Shown here: positions 57,080 to 64,000 of the stretch, in pieces
How the letters are laid out: the number at the start of each line of letters is the position of its first letter
Position numbering within the stretch: the first letter of the stretch is position 1
Assembly (NCBI GenBank): GCA_041660025.1
Contig: JBAZXD010000001.1
Coordinates: forward strand, 305,851 to 369,850
DNA length: 64,000 nt
Direction of reading: 5' to 3'
From: Minisyncoccota bacterium
GTDB taxonomy: Bacteria > Patescibacteriota > Minisyncoccia > Phycocordibacterales > Phycocordibacteraceae
The notes under the pieces: generated by a model
Told to the model about the DNA's origin: nothing
Seen by the model: the letters and a program-made list of their open reading frames with translations, nothing else
The model's database searches: none
Made by a program: the position numbers and the translations under genes

Positions 57080-58426
57080 ATGAAAGAGATTGTGCAAGAT
57101 GGTGCACCGGTGCTCCGCGAGGTCGCAAGCCCCGTGCCGGAAGAGCTCTTCGGGACGCCGGAACTCGCTCAGATTATCGCCGATATGACCGAGGCGCTCG
57201 ACCGCGAGCTCGAGGGCGTGGCGCTCGCCGCGCCGCAGATCGGCGTTTCCTATCGCATCTTCATCGTGCGGAAGGACCGCACGATAGACGTACATCGTGA
57301 TGAGTCGCATAAACTTTCTTCGCCGAAAGAGTTGGCACCCGAGGTTGAGGTATATATCAATCCTGAAATATTGAAGACCTCGCGGAGGCGTGCGGTGGTG
57401 GACGAGGGCTGTCTCTCAGTCCGCGGCATCTACGGCTCAACCAAGCGGCACGAGCGCGTCACGCTCCGCGCGCGGCGGGTCGACGGTTCCCGCTTCGAGC
57501 GCGGCGGCGGCGGCATAATGGCGCAGATATTCGAGCACGAAACTGACCACCTCAACGGCATCCTCTTCATCGATCATGCTGAACAGCTCATCAGTATCCC
57601 GCGCGGGTCGGCGCATCCGTTCATCTATTTCGGTACGCCACAGGTCGCGAGCGACACACTTGAGATCCTTATCGAACGCGGTTTTCTCCCCTCGCTCGTG
57701 GTCACCTCGCCGGACGCCCCGAAGGGTCGCGGTCTCGCGCTCGCTTCATCAGAGACAAAGGTGTGTGCACTCGCACACGGCATCCCCGTCCTCACCCCCG
57801 AGAAGCTCGATGCCGAAATAATCGCTACTCTCGCCGCACTCGGGGCTGAGTACGCTATCGTCGTCGCCTACGGCAAGATATTCCCCGACGAGCTTATTAA
57901 GGCCTTCCCGCTCGGGGTACTGAACGTCCACTACTCGCTCCTACCGAAGTATCGCGGCGCGACGCCGCTTGAGGCCGCATTGCGCGCGGGCGAGACCGAG
58001 ACCGGAGTCTCGGTCCAGAAGATGGTGCGAGAGCTCGACGCCGGCGACATCATTGCTCAGGAGGCTGTGCCAATCGCTCCCGGCGAGACTGCACGCGAGC
58101 TGCGCCCGCGGCTCATCAAGCTCGGCGCGACGCTCCTCGCCGATACGCTCCCCGCCTATCTTGAAGGCAGTGTCGTCTCCGTTCCCCAGGATGCAGCGCT
58201 CGCTTCGCGCTCAGGGAAGTTGAAGAAGGAGGACGGTCTTCTCGCGCTCGACGCGCCCGCTGAGGAGAATTGGAACAAGTACCGCGCATATGCGGATAGC
58301 ATCGGCACGTATTTCTTTGAAAACGGCAAACGGATGAAGATAACGAGCGCAACATTTAAAAACGGGAAATTCCTCATCGAACGCGTCATCCCCGAAGGCA
58401 AGCGCGAAATTGAGTACAGAAGTTAG
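57080..58426 (+). CDS. def-fmt: Fused peptide deformylase / methionyl-tRNA formyltransferase
   Basis: Def motifs GVALAAPQIG, EGCLS, HETDH; Fmt motifs YFGTP, VVAYG, LNVHYSLLPKYRGATP, LDAGDI, all in one ORF. Confidence 0.92.
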   Translation: MKEIVQDGAPVLREVASPVPEELFGTPELAQIIADMTEALDRELEGVALAAPQIGVSYRIFIVRKDRTIDVHRDESHKLSSPKELAPEVEVYINPEILKTSRRRAVVDEGCLSVRGIYGSTKRHERVTLRARRVDGSRFERGGGGIMAQIFEHETDHLNGILFIDHAEQLISIPRGSAHPFIYFGTPQVASDTLEILIERGFLPSLVVTSPDAPKGRGLALASSETKVCALAHGIPVLTPEKLDAEIIATLAALGAEYAIVVAYGKIFPDELIKAFPLGVLNVHYSLLPKYRGATPLEAALRAGETETGVSVQKMVRELDAGDIIAQEAVPIAPGETARELRPRLIKLGATLLADTLPAYLEGSVVSVPQDAALASRSGKLKKEDGLLALDAPAEENWNKYRAYADSIGTYFFENGKRMKITSATFKNGKFLIERVIPEGKREIEYRS

Positions 58427-58452
58427 AAGTCAATTTCAAAACGTCCACGAGA

Positions 58453-58525
58453 GCCGGTGCGAAGAAAAACGGTAGTAAGACTTGGCCTAGCGGCCCGGAG
58501 CGCGACCGTTTTTCTTCGTACCGGC
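58453..58525. repeat. Structured hairpin element, copy 2
   Basis: 21-bp stem (58453-58473/58505-58525, one G-T pair); 37-nt core identical to 12340-12376; extra outer inverted repeat 58424-58442/58532-58549. Confidence 0.9.
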
Positions 58526-58546
58526 GAACGAGTTTTGAAATGATTT

Positions 58547-58909
58547 CTAGCGGCCGAAGCGCAGGATGCGCTTGATCGCCGCGCCGCCGCGCTTCATCAG
58601 CCGTTGCGTGCGGCCGCGCGAGCGCCGTATCTCGGCTTCGAGCTCGCTCCGCACCCTGTCCGCCGCGCTCTCGGGATTCGGCTTTACCGCTTCCGCGTGG
58701 AAGACTTGGTCGTTGATGATGAGCCGCGCGACGAGGCGGCAGGGCTCCGACGAGCGCCCCTCGGGCGGCGCCTCCTCGACCTCTATCTCGAGCAGAGCGC
58801 GGTCGCCCTCCTCTCCGAGCAGGCGGAGCGGTGCCGCGAGCTTCTTCTCGATAAGCGCTTCGGTCTCGGGACTCAGCGTAAACTTTGTCGCCTTGATCGT
58901 AATGTTCAT
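58547..58909 (-). CDS. Ribosome hibernation factor HPF/RaiA-like
   Basis: MNITIKATKFTLSP..IEKKL pattern, 120 aa, basic C-terminus. Confidence 0.7.
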   Translation of the reverse strand: MNITIKATKFTLSPETEALIEKKLAAPLRLLGEEGDRALLEIEVEEAPPEGRSSEPCRLVARLIINDQVFHAEAVKPNPESAADRVRSELEAEIRRSRGRTQRLMKRGGAAIKRILRFGR

Positions 58910-58937
58910 AGGAGCGGTATCAGCTGGTAAGCAAAGC

Positions 58938-59159
58938 TTATTCGATACTAACACTTATCATTTTAGCGCGTGAACGGTGTCCTGTCAGGATGCGCACACT
59001 GCCTAATGGCTTTCCGAGGCGCAGGGCAACGAGCTCGCGCACACGCAGATTGGCGCGATTCCCGCTCGCCGGCTCCCGCACCGAGATGAGGAGCGTCTCT
59101 CCCTTCTCTTCGACCTTCTCCTTCTTCGCATCCGGCGTGACGAATATTTTGATATACAC
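58938..59159 (-). CDS. DUF167 (YggU-like) protein
   Basis: VTPDAK, VREPASGNRAN, GHRSRAK. Confidence 0.88.
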   Translation of the reverse strand: MYIKIFVTPDAKKEKVEEKGETLLISVREPASGNRANLRVRELVALRLGKPLGSVRILTGHRSRAKMISVSIE

Positions 59160-59203
59160 ACTCCTATACTACCGTCCGCGCGGGTATACAATCAACAGCA
59201 GCT

Positions 59204-59824
59204 ATGTTCAAGGATCGCAAAGATGCAGGGAAACAGCTCGCACGAAAACTCGCGGTCTATGCGGGGAAGTCTACCGTCGTTCTCGCGCTCCCGCGCGGCG
59301 GAGTCGTCACCGGATACGAGATTTCCCGGGCGCTAAAAGCACCCTTCGATATCATCGCGGTGCGCAAGGTCGGCCATCCGTCCAACCCGGAATATGCGGT
59401 CGGCGCGGTCGATGAGAACGGCGCTTCCCTCTTCAATAAAGAAGAGGCCGCGACGATAGACGCGAAACTGCTCCGTCAGGAAACCGCCAAGGAGCTCACA
59501 GAGGCTCGGCGACGGAGCGTCGTCTATCGCGGCGGGAGAGCGTCGCTGGATCTTGTCGGGAAAATTGTCCTCCTCGTAGATGACGGCATCGCGACCGGCC
59601 TTACCATGCGGCTTGCAGTGCGCTCTGTGAAGGCTCAAGAGCCGGAAAAAGTGATCGTCGCGGCACCCGTTGCGCCGCTTGAAGCTATTCAGTATCTCAA
59701 GAAAGAAGGAGCTGATGACGTTATCACGCTCGAGCCGCCCGAAGCCTTTAACGGCGCCGTCGGCGCCCACTACGAACAGTTCGAGCAGGTGGAGGATGCG
59801 GAGGTTGTAAGATTGTTGCGCTAG
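59204..59824 (+). CDS. Phosphoribosyltransferase family protein
   Basis: FKDRKDAG, LALPRGGV, LVDDGIATGLT. Confidence 0.92.
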   Translation: MFKDRKDAGKQLARKLAVYAGKSTVVLALPRGGVVTGYEISRALKAPFDIIAVRKVGHPSNPEYAVGAVDENGASLFNKEEAATIDAKLLRQETAKELTEARRRSVVYRGGRASLDLVGKIVLLVDDGIATGLTMRLAVRSVKAQEPEKVIVAAPVAPLEAIQYLKKEGADDVITLEPPEAFNGAVGAHYEQFEQVEDAEVVRLLR

Positions 59825-60060
59825 GGCTTCGGATACTGCGCGCGCAGATAGGCAACGATATCGTCCGATTCGTACATCTCGATTCCCTTCTCGCTGTCGA
59901 CGAGGTACGGCACCTGCCGCTTCCCGCCGCGCGCGACGAGCTCAGCGGCGACCGCGTCGTCCGCGATATTCTTCTCGTCAAACGCGATACCGAGCTCCGC
60001 CCCCGCATCGAGCACCTTGTGGCAGAACGGGCATCCGGTCTTCACGTAGAGCGTGAGCAT
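59821..60060 (-). CDS. Glutaredoxin family protein
   Basis: CPFC, QVPYL, YESDDI. Confidence 0.92.
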   Translation of the reverse strand: MLTLYVKTGCPFCHKVLDAGAELGIAFDEKNIADDAVAAELVARGGKRQVPYLVDSEKGIEMYESDDIVAYLRAQYPKP

Positions 60061-60064
60061 ATCT

Positions 60065-60283
60065 TTATAACTTCCCGATTTCCTTTAAGTCTTTGTCTGG
60101 AATATATAGGATAAACAATCCGATAATGATGCCCCCGAGCGCAGTCCAGACAGGACTACTGCCAAAGAGCCACTTGTCGAATCCGTCCAGCACATACCAG
60201 ATGCCGCGCCAGATCAGGACCAGACCGATAACTATAGAAATGTTTCGAGCGAAATATTGCAATGTGATTTTATTTTTCAACAT
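60065..60283 (-). CDS. Small membrane protein (2 TM)
   Basis: LIWRGIWYVLD motif and hydrophobic helices. Confidence 0.7.
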   Translation of the reverse strand: MLKNKITLQYFARNISIVIGLVLIWRGIWYVLDGFDKWLFGSSPVWTALGGIIIGLFILYIPDKDLKEIGKL

Positions 60284-60376
60284 AAGTAAGTGGGTCCCTC
60301 CATTCTACCGCACAAATGGGCCGAAGTGAACGGCTCAGACGGGGTCTGAGCCGTTCACCGCGCTATACTGGGAGAT

Positions 60377-60700
60377 ATGGAACACCTACATACAGAGGGA
60401 GGGGACAGAGCCAGGGTAACCCCAGAATCTATACAATCGGCGGCAATTAGGTTTAACGGCGGTACGTACACCGGAATAAACCATGCCTATGCTATTCGCC
60501 AGCTTGAAAAAGAGCATCCCGATTGGCAGAGCGTAAATAAGGAACCTGTTCAAGAAGGATTTCTCACGAGTGCCGGAAGATTTGTTGATAGGGACGAGGC
60601 GGGAGAAATCGCAGAGAGAGCGAGCCAGCTCGACCACTTGGACGGAGAAGAGAGAGCGGGCGCGACCTCAAATCTGGACTCCTATCACCTGCCCCATTAA
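60377..60700 (+). CDS. Hypothetical protein
   Basis: TATACT 7 nt before ATG; EGFLTSAGRFVDRDEA motif. Confidence 0.7.
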   Translation: MEHLHTEGGDRARVTPESIQSAAIRFNGGTYTGINHAYAIRQLEKEHPDWQSVNKEPVQEGFLTSAGRFVDRDEAGEIAERASQLDHLDGEERAGATSNLDSYHLPH

Positions 60701-60710
60701 AAAGATTCCG

Positions 60711-60890
60711 CTAGATACTTGTGCCTGCCCCTCCTTTCTTCCTGTTCTTTACCGCTCCCACTATGCCGGCAATCACTGCGAGGAGTCCGAGCAGTTGCCC
60801 TCCGGGGCTATCGTCCATTTCGCCATAGACAATCATAAATGCCCCGAATGCTATCGCGAGGATGGAGTACGCTACCCTGCGCATATTCAT
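60711..60890 (-). CDS. Small membrane protein (2 TM; start uncertain)
   Basis: TM-YGEMDDSPGGQLLG-TM hairpin with basic tail. Confidence 0.6.
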   Translation of the reverse strand: MNMRRVAYSILAIAFGAFMIVYGEMDDSPGGQLLGLLAVIAGIVGAVKNRKKGGAGTSI

Positions 60891-61009
60891 TTGCTTCATA
60901 TCTCTTTGCAACCCTCACAACGACCCTCTGGTTTCTGTACAGAACATTGCGACATATGGTTTTTCGGTTAGAATGCAGACACGCCTTCCGCAAGGAGGGC
61001 GCACCACAT

Positions 61010-61081
61010 TCCGCGGTAGCTCAGTGGTAGAGCGGCTCGCTGTTAACGAGTTGGTCGTAGGTTCGAATCCTACCCGCGGAG
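61010..61081 (+). tRNA. tRNA-Asn(GTT), no CCA encoded
   Basis: Acceptor TCCGCGG/CCGCGGA, anticodon arm CTCG-CTGTTAA-CGAG, GGTTCGAATCC. Confidence 0.96.
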
Positions 61082-61097
61082 CTTAGTTTTCAAAATT

Positions 61098-61580
61098 ATG
61101 GATACCCTCACTTTGACGAGTCCTGCATTCGAAAATAACGGGATGATTCCCGCGAAGTACACCTGCGACGGGGATCGCGAACTCTCGCCGCCGCTCGCTA
61201 TCGACGGCGTGCCAGAGGCGGCGAAGTCGCTCGTGCTTGTTATGGACGACCCGGACATTCCAGAAGTGAAGAAGCGGGAGTTCGGGCTCGAGGCCTTTGA
61301 CCACTGGGTGCTCTTCAATATCCCGCCAAAGACGCGTGAGATACCCGAGGGTACCGCGGCGGGCACGCCAGGCGCCACCACCCGGGGCGAGCCGCACTAC
61401 GTCGGCCCCTGCCCGCCGCCCGAGTACGAGCCGCGCGAGCACCGCTACTTCTTCCGGCTCTACGCGCTCGACGCTCCCCTCCCGCTCCCCGCCGGTGCGA
61501 CGAAAGACGAGGTGCTCTCGGCGCTCGCGCCGCACCTCCTCGCCGAAGCAGAGCTCGTCGGCCGTTACTCCAGGAAATAA
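61098..61580 (+). CDS. YbhB/YbcL (PEBP) family protein
   Basis: IPAKYTCDG, SPPL, DDPD, HWVLFNIP, GPCPP, HRYFFRLYALD. Confidence 0.94.
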   Translation: MDTLTLTSPAFENNGMIPAKYTCDGDRELSPPLAIDGVPEAAKSLVLVMDDPDIPEVKKREFGLEAFDHWVLFNIPPKTREIPEGTAAGTPGATTRGEPHYVGPCPPPEYEPREHRYFFRLYALDAPLPLPAGATKDEVLSALAPHLLAEAELVGRYSRK

Positions 61581-61669
61581 TCCTCCGACGAATCTGGTTG
61601 CGTGGACACAAAATCGGGCGTATAAGACAAAAGGAACGATTAGATAAACCACTACAAAGGAGCAATACG

Positions 61670-62359
61670 ATGTTGCCCACACGGGAAATGATTGAAATGT
61701 TGCAGGCTGCGCTTATGCAGGGGGATTGGAAAATCCTGATGGTACCCGCCCCCGGCAGTAGTCTGCTGAATACGGTTCCCATCATCGACTTCCGATTTCA
61801 GGATATTCTGGTCCTGGTCCTCGACCTTCAGCACGAGACCGGGGAGAAGGAGACGCTGAGAGCTCAAGTGAAGAGCGTCGATATCCAAGGACAGTTCGGC
61901 ACCGGCGGTACCGAACCGCGGAGGTTCACGGTCTCTTTCCGCGATACTTCTGGGACCCTGCATCAGCAAGCGCTGGAGGGCATCGGAGGCTGGGGCATAC
62001 TCGGGTCCGGGGACGTCGGTCTGGCATTCATCCGCGACAAGGATGCTCCGCCGGGCTGGCCACTCCATCGGAATGGTTCCCGTGTATACGGGTTCGAGGA
62101 ACACTTAAGCCGTCTCGGAAGCGGCGAGAATCTCCTCAGAACTTCACGTATTGCCCAGCCCAAAGCCCTCCTGGTCGATGATGTGCTCGCGACGGGCGAC
62201 CGCGTGTTGTCCACTCCGCGACAAGGATGCAACGGCTCCATCCTCGTCCACTTGACCGGCGGATTCGATGGTCACTGGATCGAGATGGCGCCACGGCTCC
62301 CGATTGCCCTGCTCACGAAGGAGGATAATGCTCCGCAGGGGCTCTGGAACCTTCAATAG
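61670..62359 (+). CDS. Hypothetical protein
   Basis: AAGGAG SD, TTGCGT-17-TATAAG promoter, terminator at about 62378-62417. Confidence 0.65.
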   Translation: MLPTREMIEMLQAALMQGDWKILMVPAPGSSLLNTVPIIDFRFQDILVLVLDLQHETGEKETLRAQVKSVDIQGQFGTGGTEPRRFTVSFRDTSGTLHQQALEGIGGWGILGSGDVGLAFIRDKDAPPGWPLHRNGSRVYGFEEHLSRLGSGENLLRTSRIAQPKALLVDDVLATGDRVLSTPRQGCNGSILVHLTGGFDGHWIEMAPRLPIALLTKEDNAPQGLWNLQ

Positions 62360-62441
62360 GCAAGACGCTCGACACCGGCCGCACTTTCTCGCGAGAGAAA
62401 TGTGCGGCTATTTTTTTATTATCTGGGAATGAGAATATCTC

Positions 62442-63482
62442 CTATTCTCTCGGCAGGTGCGGATAGATCGAGAGAAGCGCGAAGAGGAGGCTGGCGCAGA
62501 GCGGCCCGAGGAAGAGGCCTGCGGCGCCGAAGAACGCAAGACCGCCAAAGACGGAGAGGAGAACGATGAGCGGGTGGAGTTGGGTTCCCTTCCCCATCAG
62601 ACGTGGACCGAGGAAGTTGTCGATAAGCCCGACCGCGAGCACGCTCCAGATCAGGAGCCCCACCGCCGGCGTTATCGCGCCCATAAGGAACAGGTAAGCG
62701 ACGCCGGGGATGAGAACGAGCGAGGTGCCGATGCCGGGGATGAGCGCAGAGAGTGCGGCCACCACACCCCAGAGAACGCTGTTTGGCACGCCGAAGAATG
62801 TGAACCCAATCCCCGTCAGGATGCCCTGTATGACGGCGATGGTGAGGCTCCCTCGAATGACCGAATTTATGGCGCGCTCGAGGCGCGAGAACACGATGTC
62901 GTCGTCGGTGTCCCGCAGAGGGCTCACACTGATCACTTCCCGCTTCAGTCGTGCGCCGTCGCGGAGGAAATAATAGAGCGCGACGAGAAATATGAAGAAG
63001 TCGAGGAGTACCCGGGCGGTGCTCCCGAATGCGCCGCCCAAGTTCTGTATCAGCCAGGCGAGACCGTCTTTCATATGCTGGTCGATGGAGGCCGAGAGGT
63101 CCGCGCTCGAGAGCGCGAGGCTCGGCGCGTACTGCGCGGTGAGGTCGTTTGTATATCGGAACACGGTGCCGAGGTATGTCTCGCCGCCGCCGCTTGCGAG
63201 AGAGCCGTACAGACTCCGTGCCTCGCCGGCAATCTGCACGGTAACGAAGGTAAGCGGCACCACGATACAGACCACCGTAAGCGCCATCGTCGCGAACGCC
63301 GCGAGCCCCGGCGAGCCGCTCATACGGCTCAGTATCGCCCGATAGAGCGGCTGGAGCACCACCGCGAACACGACCGCGAGCACCACGGCGATAAGGAACG
63401 GACGGAAAATGAAGAAGGCAAGGACTGAGGAAACAGCGACGAGCGCGATGAGGAAATAGTGTTGCGGTGTCTTCGTATTCAT
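62442..63482 (-). CDS. AI-2E family transporter
   Basis: YYFLRDG, IPGIGT, IDNFLGP, HPLIVLLSVFGG, GLFLGP. Confidence 0.93.
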   Translation of the reverse strand: MNTKTPQHYFLIALVAVSSVLAFFIFRPFLIAVVLAVVFAVVLQPLYRAILSRMSGSPGLAAFATMALTVVCIVVPLTFVTVQIAGEARSLYGSLASGGGETYLGTVFRYTNDLTAQYAPSLALSSADLSASIDQHMKDGLAWLIQNLGGAFGSTARVLLDFFIFLVALYYFLRDGARLKREVISVSPLRDTDDDIVFSRLERAINSVIRGSLTIAVIQGILTGIGFTFFGVPNSVLWGVVAALSALIPGIGTSLVLIPGVAYLFLMGAITPAVGLLIWSVLAVGLIDNFLGPRLMGKGTQLHPLIVLLSVFGGLAFFGAAGLFLGPLCASLLFALLSIYPHLPRE

Positions 63483-63657
63483 ATCGGATAGTATATACAG
63501 TTTGCTCCTCGTTGGATACTCGCGAACGCAACCCTTTGTCGATTCGAGGAGTTATAGGAGATGGAAGCACCTTGTCAGGATGAGGATAGCCGAGGAGATG
63601 CACCCTGTGTCTCGCTGCTTCGATATTCGAAACGGCTTATCCATCATAAAAACTCCT

Positions 63658-63840
63658 ATGGGAATATTGCACGCCCTAGGGTTCGGCCTCTTCCTCATCA
63701 TCCTTCTATTCCTCTTGCCCGATGTCTTCTCCGAACTCGCGAAAACAATCATTGTGTTCCTGCAGAGTTCTCAAGAAGCGTTTGCGGCCGCCGGAATACT
63801 CGCCTCGTACGCCGGACATATTCCGCCCGTCGTACCCTAA
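63658..63840 (+). CDS. Small membrane protein (60 aa)
   Basis: N-terminal TM; terminator at about 63847-63880. Confidence 0.55.
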   Translation: MGILHALGFGLFLIILLFLLPDVFSELAKTIIVFLQSSQEAFAAAGILASYAGHIPPVVP

Positions 63841-64000
63841 CAGCGAAAAACCATCCTTCTCCTCCGAGGATGGTTTTTTATTTCTCTGAATGAATTGTGG
63901 GAAACAAGGCAGCTACCGTTGGGTGCGGTAGCTGTGAGAGACGACGATTCATAGGATGACATAGCCCTGAACGATGAGTGGCAGGCAATATTCTCTGATT

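Noticed and set aside
63500-63650. Possible riboswitch (GGAGATGG, fluoride-like) between the AI-2E gene and a small ORF
   Set aside because: The expected pairing partner and downstream conserved motif were not found; only weak hairpins

Overview
Core-genome segment of a GC-rich, compact bacterium that looks like Patescibacteria/CPR, probably Parcubacteria. This assignment is an inference from gene content: class I LysRS, a short archaeal-type AspRS, a minimal dcw cluster, a giant GNVGIGT-repeat surface protein and near-absence of SD motifs on core genes. The genetic code is standard (TGA acts as stop). The window holds seven aminoacyl-tRNA synthetases, three tRNAs (Tyr, Glu, Asn), cell-wall/division genes (mraZ-rsmH-ftsI-murF, mraY-ftsW-murG, mreB x2, mreC, mrdA, murA), dnaB, recR, scpA/B, rpmA, rplI, rplU, frr, greA and scattered single-gene orphans. 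No CRISPR array, integrase or transposase was seen. Most notable observations: (1) a 73-nt hairpin element present twice, 46 kb apart, with an identical 37-nt core and a 21-bp stem whose middle is different but fully compensated; (2) a ~155-nt structured insert at the tRNA-Tyr 3' end carrying an antisense copy and a second, CCA-bearing copy of that end; (3) a 2663-aa HTH-TM-fibre protein with 144-bp DNA repeats separating AT-richer modules and two S74 chaperone domains; (4) two tandem paralogous microproteins missed by the ORF track; (5) a Def-Fmt fusion; (6) apparently leaderless core genes versus SD-led orphan genes.
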